DNA of 64,000 bases from Octopus sinensis (Eukaryota): contig NC_042999.1 in NCBI RefSeq assembly GCF_006345805.1, forward strand, positions 107,322,001-107,386,000, given 5' to 3'. The translations under genes were made by a program, and so were the position numbers. Below are positions 11,430 through 24,900 of this stretch, piece after piece. The first letter of the stretch is position 1; each line of letters starts with the position of its first letter. The notes under the pieces were generated by a model. The model saw nothing but the letters and a program-made list of their open reading frames with translations, searched no databases and had not been told where the DNA came from.

Positions 11430-11755
11430 AAGGTGCATGGCTCAGTGGTTAGATGATCAAGCTCACAATCATGCAGTAGTGAGTTCAATTTCCAGACCGG
11501 GCTGCGTGTTGTGTTCTTGAGCAAGACACTTTATTTCACGTTGCTCCAGTTCACTCAGCTGTAGAAATGAGTTACAAAGTCACTGGTGCCAAGCTGTAAC
11601 AGCCTCTGCTTTTCTCTTGGATAACATTGGTGTCATGGAGAGGAGAGGCTGGTATGCATGGGCAACTACTGGACTTCCATAAACAATCTTTCCTGGACTT
11701 GTGCACCAGAAAGTAACTTTCTAGGTGAAATCCCATAGTCATTCATGACCAAAGG
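11430..11755 (+). mobile_element. tRNA-derived SINE family D (CORE-like body)
   Basis: TGGCTCAGTGGTTAG A box, GAGTTCAATTTCC B box, TTCTTGAGCAAGACACTT body; related minus copy at 20690-20990. Confidence 0.7.
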
Positions 11756-14198
11756 AAGGGCATCCAGCCATAGAAACCATGCCAAAACCGATGTGGATCC
11801 CAGACAGCTCTCCAGCTGGTTAGCTCCTGTCAAATCATTCAACCCATGCCTTCAGGGCAGTGCCCCAGAATGTCCACAGTCCAATGACAATAAACAAGAA
11901 GAAAAAAGTTAAAAGATAAAGGTAAGAGGAACAAGAAATTGTATTTATGCCAACAATTTCAACACATGCCCAAATTCCTTCTCTTGAACTTTAGAAAGGT
12001 TCTTCTGATGCATGTGATATGATGACTGGTATTTGATACCAAAGATTCTCTCCTAGGCTCATGATATCTGGTCATGATGAAATTTTTGACCATCATCCAT
12101 TATTTATTACTAATAGAAACATCATTCTCCAACAGAATCAAACATCTAAAAACAATATTCACACACTAAAATATATATGGGAAAAATACCTTATTTATAG
12201 TCCTGGAGGAATTTGTTTCTGGACAATCTTTCTAGAACATCAATCTTCAGCAGACTTTCAAAACAACATAGGAACAGTCAATTACAACTATATACACAAG
12301 TGGTCTCAAACAAACCAACAGCAACAAGCAGTATGTGGTTGTAAATAAATTGTTTGTGATAAGCAGGGAACAGTTTTCAGTAAAAGAAATCAGTTTCCCA
12401 AAGATTTTGATACCTCAAGAGAACTCAGTTGTGTTTTAAATGAAATGAAAATATACAGGAACATATGAAGTATTTAAAACACATATTGATGGATTAAATA
12501 AGCTCTTCTGTTTTGGGCTACACTTGAGACAGCTTATGCACTCTCTCTAATACACTTCTTAATTTCTCAATCTTTTTCATCGGTTTAGAAATAGAATCAG
12601 TATTTCATTCGATTGCTGCTCACCATCACATTTTTCTCAAATTTTTCCTACTTCTATTTTCGACATCCCAGTTATATATTAATCCCTCTGACTTATACTC
12701 AGCTATAAGCCAACGATGGAGCTTCTATGTTATCACTTAACCTGCCAGAAATGACAACCAAATCCCCTTACTACCATTTTAATAAAAAAAATTATATACA
12801 CTGGATAATGTTGCCTTAGAAAACCAAGTGCCTGAAATAAAGATGTACATAATGATAACAGCTGGACAGCTTTTGGTCATAGGTCTGCTGGATCAGGGAT
12901 AATTAAGGACTGACAATAACAACAATGAAGGTAGCAAAATGGATAACACACTATTCCTGAGCTATTTATCTTCACACATAACACACCCTTTACAATAAAA
13001 ACACTTAATAATAATTCCGACTGATTTATCAAAATTGTGGTGTAACCTTCCAAGCTAAACAGGCTGCCAACATCACCTGGAGGAAATTATCCACTACACT
13101 AATTGAAAGATGTTAATCTAACAATAAATAGGAATTGAAGCTATCACATTAGTAAATAAAGTGAAAAATAGATGTAGTAACCAACATTTTGACACTGTTC
13201 ATACTTATGCCTTGTTAATATTTGGAACAGAACATACATTTACTTGCAAGTAATAACAAACTCATTGTGACATCCACATAAAAAATGGACAGGATGTGAC
13301 ATTTAACTCTGCATTAAAAATATTCTTTAATAGGATGAATGCTTCTAGTTGCTAATTTGCGATTTAAATTTTATAAAATTGATAGTTTCTTCACTGTTGC
13401 ATAATTCTGCTTTTTTTAATCCAAAGCTTTAATGGAATAATGATCACAGTTTCCATTCTAATAGATTTCTAGATACCTTTTCATTGATGGCAGTCACATT
13501 TATGGTTTTAAATATGTTGTTTTTTTTTAGAGGGCGCCATAAATCTACTTTAAATTAGTAACTAGCTAATATCTAACCCAATCGTTCTAATGACATTAAA
13601 ATCTTGCTGTACTATAACCTATAACCAAATAAAACTTCCAATTAGGTTCAGCTAAATATAAGACCATAAAAAAAATATGAACATAAAAATGAAGCAATGA
13701 AAGAAACAACAAAAAGTGTGCCAAGATGGCACCAGCAAAGCAAATGATAATACAGTCAATGTAATTAAGAACATGTAGCAAGATTCGAAACCAAATCAAT
13801 GAAATGCCAAATTAAAATTATGGTTTAACAACAGCTTTGTATGCGATCTGCTGAGTTATACATCATGTGATGTATATTTCTAGAAGCCTGTAAAATGTCC
13901 CATTACGAGACATAAATATACATGTTTTTAGTGCTAAACTTGCAGAGCATCAATGACAAGCAGGGTAAAATGCATTTCCACTCTCACCCAACCATGTTGA
14001 GTAGAGACTGGCCTATTCATTTTCACATTTCATTGTTGTAGCAGATATGCCACTACAGTTCACTGACATGGAACCATTGTGTATATTTTCTCCTGTCTTG
14101 GCTTCTTGACTAAATACTTGTAAGAGGTACATAATATTCTTCTAGTGGGCAAACTTTGTCATTGCAAGTTCTAATTCATGACTAACATGAAAATTATT

Positions 14199-14416
14199 AT
14201 TTCGTTTTTGGATTTGGTTTGCAAGATTATTTATATGAGTTCGTGTGTTGAAGCATATTCTATTGTGCCTGGGGAGAGTCATTTTCTTTTTGTGCCTTAT
14301 AATGTAACACACTCACCGGTAACATTTTAGGAAAATAAAAATAAGAAATAAGTGGAAATTTTACTGGTGAGTGTGTTACATTATAAGGCACAAAAAGAAA
14401 ATGACTCTCCCCAGAC
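14199..14416 (-). mobile_element. Short PLE-type terminus with 58-bp inverted arms and 14-bp TSD
   Basis: TSD ACATGAAAATTATT at 14185-14198 and 14417-14430; arms 14265-14322 and 14359-14416; terminus resembles 54869-54990. Confidence 0.7.
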
Positions 14417-14599
14417 ACATGAAAATTATTGTTTCAGTAAAATAAATTCTGATAATTGTCGACAAGTGTTGTGCATTCATTATATGCAGTATGATTTCAT
14501 CTCAACTACAAGCATCTATCTTTTACTCTTTGTTTATCATGACCCTAAAATCCACTATACTCCATAATAAACACTGAAGACAAAACAAAAAAAGAGAAC

Positions 14600-14644
<45 letters not shown>

Positions 14645-14697
14645 CTATATTAATTCTCTGAGCAAGATGTAAACAGTATCAATACAGAATCATAACA

Positions 14698-14863
14698 TAT
14701 AATTGCCAATCAAGTGTGGCGTCCTATACAGGACGGTGCTACTGGCATTTATAGCCCTTAATTGGACACAGAATGTGTGTCATTAGCCAGCTGGAAGAGC
14801 TGTCTTCCTGGGGCTATAAACACCAGTAGCACTGTCCCATACTAGACGCCACACTTGGTTGGC

Positions 14864-14870
<7 letters not shown>
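14698..14870. repeat. MITE-like hairpin with about 60-bp arms
   Basis: TAATTGCCAATCAAGTGTGGCGTC...GACGCCACACTTGGTTGGCAATTA. Confidence 0.75.
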
Positions 14871-14899
<29 letters not shown>

Positions 14900-14902
<3 letters not shown>

Positions 14903-15320
14903 TGACATCAGCCACATTGCCTCACGGAGGTAATGTGGCCAATGCCAGTGTCACATAACTAGCACCCATGTGTAACTACCACATGTAAAAAGCACCTTTT
15001 GAGTGCTGGGTCTCATGGAAGCAATGGCAGATGACCGAGACCTTTGACAATATGCTGTGCTTGAATAAAAGGTCAATTAAGCCAAGTGAAATCATAGTCG
15101 TGACATATACTGGTGTTATGCAACTGGCACCCATACCAGTGGCACTTAAAAGCACCCACTACACTTATGGAGTGGTTGGCGTTTGGAAGGGAATCCAGAT
15201 GTAGTAACACTGCCAGATCAGACTGGAGCCTGATGCAGCCTCCTGGCTTCCCAGACCCTGGTTGAACCGTCCAACCCATGCTAGCATGGAAAACAAATGT
15301 TAAACGATGATGATGATATA
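14900..15320 (+). mobile_element. RTE 3'UTR/tail fragment
   Basis: CACCCACTACAC...GGAAGGGAATCCAG...CCATGCTAGCATGG...(GAT)n. Confidence 0.75.
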
Positions 15321-15377
15321 TATATATATATATATATCATCATCATCGTTTAACATCCATTTTCCATGCTAGCATGG

Positions 15378-15390
15378 ATATATATATATG

Positions 15391-15468
<78 letters not shown>

Positions 15469-15852
15469 GCTCACTGCAGCAGTGCAGAGCTATAGTTTAA
15501 GACACTAACCACAGTAGGACTGAACCTGAAACCATGTAGCTGCAAAATAAACTTCTGAAACATATGACTATGCACACACCTATACAAAATATGTCTATGC
15601 CTACAGAAATATATAAATATATATATATACATATATATACATATATATAGATATACATATATATACATATATATACATATATATACATATACATATATAT
15701 GTATATATATATATATACATATATATACATATACATATATATGTATATATATACATATATATGTATACATATACATATATATACATATATATGTATATAT
15801 ATACATGCATATATATATATATATATATATATTTACATATATATACATATAC

Positions 15853-15906
<54 letters not shown>

Positions 15907-15970
15907 CATATATATATATACATACATATATATATATATAATATATATATATTATATATATATATAGTAT
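15378..15970. repeat. Complex (TA)n/(TACA)n microsatellite, about 600 bp
   Basis: Direct reading. Confidence 0.95.
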
Positions 15971-16779
15971 ATTTTTCAATCAATAAATGCTATTTCATGT
16001 TTATGAGGAAGTTCTGCTCAAGTTGTGATTGTTTTATGAGTAATATCAGAATGAATTGAAATGATGGTACTTGCTTTATGGTCATTGATAACAAATATAC
16101 TGATACATTAAACATAGAAATCAACAGAATTTAGCTAAATACCTGACGGACAGACTAATATTTGAAATGAATGGTAGTTTCAATGTCAGCTTCATTTCTT
16201 ATAAAGATAAGCAATGTTTTAGGAAATTACAAAAATCTATAGTTTATAATGAATCTTCTTGAATGATTATAAATGTCACTTATGACCTCCAAGGACTGGA
16301 GAGTAATTAAGCAATAAGTTGGTTTTAGTATCTAGCAATAATTTCCAGATCATTACTGCTGTTAAATTTTCATGTTTAATAGAACAGGAAACAAAATTAT
16401 GATAACATTTTCAAGCACGCTTTCACTTTTCGCTTTTTTTTTAAAATTTTATCAATTTTTGATTGATTGAGGCTCAAACCATGCAAGCATGGAAAAAGTG
16501 GGTTTGAATTTATGATGACAGTGGTGGTATGGTGGTGGTGGTGGTGGGGACAATGATAACAAAAGTGAATGATAATAATACGAATGACAACAATGACAAA
16601 AAAAAAAGATGAAAACAACTGTGATGACAATGATGATGATGACCAATAATGATATCATGTGTTGATAATGATGATCAGAATAACAATGAAGAAGATGATG
16701 ACAGCGGTGAAGACAATGACAACTATAATAATAACAATAATTATGACAATGTCAATGATAACAATGAAAACGATGATAT

Positions 16780-18201
16780 ATAGAAAAGGAAGCCCCACCT
16801 TTCAACGTGACATGGAGCATTCTGGACAGGGCGGCACCATACAGGCATGGAGCTTACAAAAATAATTTCAAGTGCAGACTTTGTCTATTAGAGAAAATGT
16901 ACATCTTATTCAAAGACAATAATTCTTTGAATCAAAGAAGTGAGTTAATGAACTTATGTAGGCACGCGGCTAAATTTAAAATGTCGAATATAAATATACC
17001 ATATGGATAGAGTATATATTTTGTATTTTTGATTTTTGATTTTGATTTTGACTCTTGAGCGCTACGATGGATTTTGTTTCCATGCTATGCGGATCTTTAT
17101 CCGTATAGCAAAGTCTTCTGTTTCTACATATATATTAGGAAAAACCTACAAACTTTGTTTTCATGTTATTGTATTGCATAGGATTACCTTGATTATTTAT
17201 ATTACCTTGATTATTTATAAATGACCCAAAATAGGATGTTATATTTTATTTTATATGTCTTTCGTATATATTTTTATTAATGCACCCATTTTTAAAAGCA
17301 ATGTTTTTTAAAAAAAGCAATGTTGTCAAAATTAGAATGTTTATATAAGTATGTGTATAGCAAAGCATATGTATTTGTAAGCATGCGTATCTGTGTATGT
17401 GTAAGTGAAAGTATGTTTGTGCTTAAGCACACATATACACGACGGTATGTATATGTATCCATTCAAACTTGTGTATGTATACTGGTCGCTATAGATGCCA
17501 ATAACATCGTTACACTGCTTATTTCGTTTTTTTCCCCACCCCTCCTTCGTTTCTTTTTTCTCTCTTTCCCTTTCTTTCGTTCCCCCTCCTTGCTCAGTAT
17601 ATGAGAATTGCTACATAGATGAATTTTAGCTTGCGTGCGAGACGGTTTGCGTGAATATATGTACACATGCTTTTATGTGTATATTTAGACTTATATTCAT
17701 ACGTCTGTATATGTATGTATGGCGTTTACGCGCATCCTTTTGTGTATGTTGATATATATATGTAGATTTTAATATAAATATGTATTGCAGTATTTATAAC
17801 AGGTTTAATTTCTATGCATTAATTTGCACTGTCTTCATTAACGTCAATAGGTTTTTTCCTCGGATTTATAATTTTTATAATTTTTATAATTTTTTATAAG
17901 TTTTTATATATATATACATATATTTTTGACCTTTTTGTTTATCGCTCGAAGATTGACCGTTTTTTCTAAAGGGCCAATCAAACAAGTCCATTTCTTTTTA
18001 AAGGTGTAGCGTTTGTAAGAGTATAGATTGAATTGATATATCAGTTCCATTCTAGCAAAAACTGTCTGATGAACGGCAACGAGAAACTCAGAGTAACAGA
18101 TTTTGTTGAATTTTCTGCTGCTTAAAATAAAGCATATTACTCTACCACTGGTATTTGAGTACTCTTTTTTCCACCTTGTTTCACATTTATGTGTTTACTC
18201 C

Positions 18202-18203
<2 letters not shown>
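16780..18203 (+). mobile_element. Penelope-like element 3' end (GIY-YIG C-terminus plus terminal repeat region)
   Basis: ORF 16807-17010 WSILDRAAPY...CRLCLLEKMYI...LNQRSELMNLCRHAAKF matches the recalled PLE endonuclease C-terminus; hammerhead downstream; ends at (TA)n. Confidence 0.85.
18053..18108 (+). ncRNA. Minimal type I hammerhead ribozyme motif
   Basis: CTGT-CTGATGA(18066-72)-ACGGCAACGA-GAAA-CTCAGAG-TA-ACAG; stem I extends AGCAAAA/TTTTGTT; palindromic stem III ACTC-A-GAGT. Confidence 0.75.
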
Positions 18204-18236
<33 letters not shown>

Positions 18237-18239
18237 ACA

Positions 18240-18900
18240 TATCATCATCATCATCATCATTTAACATCCATTTTCCATGCTGGCATGGATGGGATTGTTT
18301 GAAAGAAGCAGAAAACTGCACCAGATTTCTGTGACTGCTTTGGAAGGATTTTTACAGCTGGATGCCCCTCCTAACACCAACCACCCTGAAGAGTGGATTT
18401 AGTGCTTTTTACATGGAACAGGTACAGACAAGGTCAGTTTTGGCAAGGTTTTTTACAGCTGGATGCCCTTCCAAACACCAACCATTTTACAGTGTGGACT
18501 GGATGCTTTTTAATTTGCACCAGCACTGACAGAGTTACCAAGTAATCTGTAAGACAAAAATCTTTTAAGAGGGAAGGGGGAGTTGGATGAGACGATCTTG
18601 TGTCAGATTATGATGACACAGAGAGACAGAAACAGGTGTCTTGCTGTAGAGGATGTACAAGGTTACCCAGTTAGGGAGAGAGAGAGAGAGAGAGATCAGG
18701 AATGAGGACAGAAACAAGTGTGCTGTTACAAAGGAGATACATGGTTACCCAACCTTAGGGAAGTGCAGGAGAAGGAGAGAGAGAAAGAGAAAGAGGGAGA
18801 CAGCAGGATAGAGATGGCAGCAAAGTCCTGAGCATACTCACAAGGGATGGGATCAGAATATAAATGGGATGGTCAAGTAAAGGCAGGTGCTGTATGAACA
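18240..18900 (-). mobile_element. Non-coding RTE-tailed element (about 650 bp)
   Basis: RTE tail in reverse (two GGATGCCC motifs) plus a body with two about 45-bp units GACAGAAACA(G/A)GTGT...GGTTACCCA. Confidence 0.6.
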
Positions 18901-20104
18901 TTTAATGTGGTTTTAGAGTCAAGTTTTGGCTGCTATTTTCAGCGTGGAGGTATCTCTTAGATACCCTAAATTATAATTTTAATAATAATTATTACCTTTG
19001 AAGGTTTTTATTCCCATGCTGGCCACTTGATAAGATTGATATTTAAATTAACGATCTTATCCTTATTTATATAAATATATATATATATATGTATGTATAT
19101 ATATATATATATGACAGCCATCCAACAATTTTCATGCCAGCTACCAGATTTCCTTCACAAAGCCCTGTTCAACTCAATACTATATCAAAAGACACTTGCC
19201 CAAGGTGCTATGTCAAGGAATAAAACATGGAACCATGTAGTTGCAAAGCAAACTTCTCAACAATACATCTGTGATGGTCATATATATTTGAATATCCGGA
19301 GTACTAACTCAATAGTTTGCTCTGAAGCCTGTGTTCAGCTACTTCTAAATAATCATTGTACTCTAAACTGATGAGAACTACTCATCAATGAAAACAGATA
19401 TACGATTGCCTTTTAAAAGGAAGAGTCATAGTTGATTGATTTCTACTGATTCCTACATTATTAACCTCAGAGAAATTGAAGCTGAAGTCATCCTCCAGTG
19501 AAAGTTGAGCTTGGAACAATGATTGATCAAATTGATACAGTAAAGTAATGCAATAAACAACTGGTGGATTATTAAAAGGCTAACTGACACAAAATCCAGT
19601 GTTGTTGATATGCATTGAACCAGACAACACTTAACTGGCTGATAAGCTAACAGCCTAACAACTGATTAGATTTAATTTTCCAAGTTTAAATGTGTAAGCA
19701 AAACATTGTTCCAATGGAATTCCAGTTCCATCAACTCTATCTTCTCTTCCATCTTCTTTCTCTCTCTTCCTTTCTTCCTTTCTTTCTTCTTTCCTTCCTT
19801 CCTTTCTCCTTCTCCCCCTCCTCCCCTTCTTCCTCATCGTCTTTTTCTTCTTCATGAAAATGAGTACAGCATTTCATAGCTGCCTTCATACATTTATAAT
19901 TTTACAGTTTATTAGTTCCAAAGACCCTTAGAATGTAAAATGATTCCATATTTACATCTTTTCTGCAATTTAATCAGTTTGATATCTTATCATTATCAAG
20001 AGTTTTATTCCTGGATGTGCACATAGTACTGAGCAATTTAGTTTCAAAACAAAGGCCCAAAATTAATATCCAGTTCAATGTCATCAATCATCATCATCAT
20101 AAGC

Positions 20105-20610
20105 ATCATTTAACATCCATTTTCAATACTAGCATGGGTTGGACAGTTTGATAGGAGCTGGCCAACTACGGAACTGCCCAGACACCAATTGTATGTTGAG
20201 GGACGGTTTCTATGGCTGGACACTCTTCCTAATACCAACCACTTTACAGAGTGTACTGGGTGCTTTTTTAAGTGCCACTGGCACAGGTGTGTTTTATGTG
20301 ACACCAGCATCTGTAAAGGACAAGCAAGTACAGCAAGTTACCACAACTCCTGGTCCCTTGTCATTTCCTCAGTGAGGGCCAGTATCCAAAAATCCCTTCT
20401 CACCACTTCACCTCATGTCTTCTTGAGTCTACTCCTTTCACAGGTTCCCTCAACAATTACAGCTCAGCACCTCTTTATGCAACTCTCCTCATACATGTGC
20501 ATTACATGACCAAATGACCAAACCACTGAAGTCTTCTCTCTGGCATACAACACCTGATGCCTGTTATACCCAGTTTTCTTCTTAAATCATTTACCCTCTG
20601 TCATGCAGGT
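20105..20610 (-). mobile_element. Degenerate RTE 3' end
   Basis: Minus translation FGHVMHMYEESCIKRC...VEGTCERSRLKKT*GEVVRRD plus tail. Confidence 0.75.
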
Positions 20611-20689
20611 TTGAATTCAGAGCCTTTATTTTTGAGAATAAGACACTCAATGATGATCAGGGATCAAACCAAATGAAATATAGTACAGA

Positions 20690-20990
20690 GTTGTGGATTC
20701 TTCTGTCATAGACGACAGGTGAGTGGTCTGTAATTCCTTGCTGAACAAGTTGCACATATATGTTTGTTGTAATGAAATATTTGTGCAGTGCATTAGTTAT
20801 CCCTCCATCGAATCAACACTGCCTGCACAGATGCATGATGTGCCTCATGTTAGATGTCAAAATGATCACAGGGCAATGTGAGATGAAGTGGTTTGCTCAA
20901 GAACAGAATGCACCACTTGGTCCTGGAATTGAAACCACTACTTTATGATCATGAATACAACACCCAAAACCACTTAACCGCATGCCCTCA
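20690..20990 (-). mobile_element. SINE family D variant
   Basis: Minus strand GGCATGCGGTTAAGTGG...GGTTTCAATTCC...TTCTTGAGCAAACCACTT. Confidence 0.65.
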
Positions 20991-22239
20991 GATGTAAATA
21001 TTTAAAAAAAAAACATTCCATCCCTAAATATACGGTTAATTATTCAAAATGGTATTAGTAATAATTCATCTTAGACATTTAATCAGTTAATCTGCTATCT
21101 TTATAGTTTTTCAAAAACATTGAGTTTCAATTCTATTATGTACCTCCCTGTTTTTCTTATAATAACCAATCCACTTGATGGTTATGCTTTTGAAAAATTT
21201 TACATGACCACACTTATGTGTGTCTGATACCAGAACCCTCAGAAGTAGGACATCGTTTGTCAATCAGCCATTATCCATTTGCAAGACAAACAATTTCCTA
21301 AAGTCAAAAAAAAAAAAAATCTAAAAGAAAAATATAGCAACAAAGTTTGTTCTATATATCAAAAATAAATTGTAAAATATAGCATATGTGATATATGTAT
21401 TTTTGTTTTTGACAACCTGCTATTATTTTACTGCATTGTAACATCCCTGCAGGTACATTATTCCAGACATAAACTTTTCAGATATTATATACAGAAACAA
21501 ATAAACTATCAAATATATTTTATCTTGGTTGTTAGAGCTCTTAATTAGCCAAATGTAACATCACAGCACAGTTGGACATGCCATTAGATGAACATTTTAA
21601 AACTGAGGATCTAAACTATCTTACATATTCAGACATTAAATGTATAGCTATTACTTAAATGAACTCATATTTGCATTGTTATATTTCAACGAGGACTTTT
21701 TCCTCTAGTTAGTTTATTTAACGGCTGGAAATATCTTTTTTCTAAAGTGGTTAACATTTTGATAATATTTTTTTTTCTTATTTTTCACTCTCTCCTTTCA
21801 TCTTAATCCTCAGTATGGATGTATTTATTTATACTTTTATTTTTTATGTCTTTCCATTTAAAAGGAGAAAGCTCTTTTGTATTTTTATCTATATCCATAT
21901 CTGTGGAACTGTTGTTAGGGTGGTAAGTTAAAAGTATCCTATATCCAGACATAATGGCCAAAAAGTCTGAATGATAGCATATTATCAATAGATTTCTTTC
22001 TCAATATAGAAATAAGAGAAATAATTGTTTTATACAAAGAAATAAAGCCTCAGATTTATAGGAAAGAAGTAAAGAAAAAGCTGCATACTTCATGTCATTT
22101 CCAAAAATATTTGGAACTGAAAATTAAACTGCTTGAAATGGCAACTGAAACATACTTGTAAGCTTGACTCAGGAATTCTTACCACTACCATCACTGCACC
22201 AATTACACAACGAGTCTATGAAGGAACTTCCACAGGATT

Positions 22240-22690
22240 CTAAAACCTTCTAAAAATAGCAACCAAATCTCCCTCTTATCACACATTGTTATGTTAGAAA
22301 TTGACTCACTGGATTATGTGGTCTTGAATTTCCAGCATATAAGGAAAAGAATAGATGATCACAACCATAAGTCTGTTCTAAAGGGATAACCTGGGGCTAC
22401 AAAACAAGACCCAAAAACAATAAGAACAAAAATGAAATGCCAAATTACATTATCCAGCAAATGAACCTCAACGTGGCATCTGAATCTGCTAGAAATAACA
22501 GCAAAATTTCCCTCGTCCTATTCAGTCATCTTAAAGAAGGAAGGATACATTAAGTAATATAGTTTCTGATAAACTATACCCGAAAAATAGAATTAGATGA
22601 TCCAGACCAGGATAGCTTTCATTACAGGTTTGCATAATCAGGGTTGATCTGTGGTTAAAGAATACCAAATCATATCATCCTAAGCAAATA
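22240..22690 (+). repeat. Two copies of an unclassified interspersed repeat
   Basis: AAATAGCAACCAAATCTCCCTC...GGATGGTC...GACCTGGGGCTA motif; also at 12748 and 51050/52390. Confidence 0.55.
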
Positions 22691-24779
22691 ACAACGATTT
22701 GGTTTTGACTGTTCATTGTCTATACATGTATATATTGGGCCTCACTGAGGCAAAGTTGCTGAGTTCCTTTCGAGCATTGGGTCTCATGGAGACAATGACC
22801 AAGACCTTTGGCATTATGTTATGCTTGAGAAGAAGATCCATCAAGTCAAGCAAAATCAGTCATGGCAGATAGACACACACACACACATATATATATATAT
22901 GAGGGTCTTCTTTCTGTTTCTGTCTACCAAATCTACTCACAAGGCTTTGGTTGGCCCAAGGTTATAGTAGAAGACACTTGCCCAAGGTGTCATGCAGTGG
23001 GACTGAACCTGGAACTTACCACACAGCCACTCCTGAATCCTTCACAAGTATATATTACAGGTACTGATTTAACATAATTTGAACTCTGATACACATCATC
23101 AGACAGTTTGTGACCATTTATTTTATATCTAACACTCTACTTAAGTGAGCAGCAATTATGGAAACTGGTACAGCAGAAACTGACACAGCCAAGGCTCAGT
23201 GGTTCAGAAGTTCTGTTCCTAACTATATGGATTCAGGTTCAGTTGCCTTTGACAGCCTATTAAAACCCTGGGTTACCTAAGGCCTTACCAGTGAAATTGA
23301 TAGACAGAAACTAAAATAAGCTTGTTGTGTGTGTGCACGCATGCATGTGTATGGATGTATCAATGTTTGTGTGTCTCCTTATCTTAACATTACATGTTAA
23401 TTGCAAGCAAGTGTCATTGTTATACAAGTGATGTCATTCGATTTTAGTCTTCAGTGGAAACATGTCTAGCCAAGGACATGGATATTTCAGGGAAATAACT
23501 GAGGATTGATAAAAGAACAGACATCCAGCCTCAACAATATCCACCTGACCCATGCAGTCAAGGAAAAATAGACAATAAACCGATGATGATGATGACATTG
23601 ATGATGCTGTATATCACAAAAATCAATTCTGATCTTAGGCATCACTATTCTATCTTTCTTGCAGATACAATATACCTAGGACTACATTATCCAATCTTTC
23701 CTTCATCCATGAACACAGCAGGGTGTGATTTGCAACAGATTTAGCTGCTATTGTAGAAGCTTTGTTGGCTTTCACTTATACAAGTTTATTAACCTGAAGA
23801 CAATGACGAAGGAGGAAGGGGAGGAAGAAAGCAGTAACAACTGGAACAAGAAAAGAAGAAGGAAGAGGAGGCGTAGGCAGAACAATGTGACCAGAAACAG
23901 TTTGGTATCCAAATAGTACACATTATTAGATGATTATACTAACCTTAATGAGAAATTAATTCCTATAGATCTGTAAATCAATTTTATACTTCATAGAGAT
24001 TTCATCAGCCATTCTTATCATGTGCACATAACCTTTATTATAAGTACAAGCCAATATCATTTCACAGCATTTCCCTCTATAATAACACTCGCACTAAATT
24101 TACCTCTCAGCCATGAAATAGTAGGGTGCCTATTTATAGTTTGAACAGAATAGATAATGAATGATATATGCTAGGTTAGAATTTATAGACAGGTGCTAGG
24201 TTAGAATTTATAGACACAGTATGGAAAATAGTACTTATATTTTCTTTGTACTGACTTTCACTAGAGAAAAAGACAAACATTATAAATATTTTTTATAATA
24301 AAATATCAAAATTCTGTCTCATAATGCTCTATAGAAGCAATGAAATAAAATAGTGAGTGCTGTATGGAAACAAATTTTAGCGAAACCATGACATCTGAAA
24401 TAGATATGATGTTTAAATGAATGGAGACCAGAACACACTAAATGAAAAGCAAAATGGAGATCAAAGTCAGTAAAGACTTTTATGACAATCTAGAATAAAG
24501 TAAAAATAATAATTTAATCAACAATTTCAGAGTATCATAAGAATTTGACACTATCATATAACTGTGACTGAATAAAAACCACGATCATTGGTTGTATATC
24601 TTTCATATAAACAGAGATGTAAAACCTCCTGGAAAGAAATTGTTGATATATTAAATAAACATATAATCAAGCATAAAGTACAGGAGAATCTCTAATACTA
24701 ACCATGGCATTAACCTCATTTGCACTCTATGCTGAGGGTCACGCACTAATCACAAGGCTTTTACCCTCCATAATGACAT

Positions 24780-24784
24780 ATGTG

Positions 24785-24816
<32 letters not shown>

Positions 24817-24900
24817 TGTATGTATGTATGTATGTATGTATGCATGTATGCATGCTTGCATGCATGTATGCATGCATGCATGCATGTATATAGATAGATA
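24780..24900. repeat. (GTAT)n grading into (GCAT)n
   Basis: Direct reading. Confidence 0.9.

Noticed and set aside
13700-14180. Moderately complex non-repeat sequence, possible exon or transposase relic
   Set aside because: Stops in all frames; no motif identified
19365-19400. CTGATGA...GAAA
   Set aside because: No stem II, III or I pairing compatible with a hammerhead
23660-23720. YNIPRTTLS, psq-HTH-like peptide
   Set aside because: Too short, no flanking support
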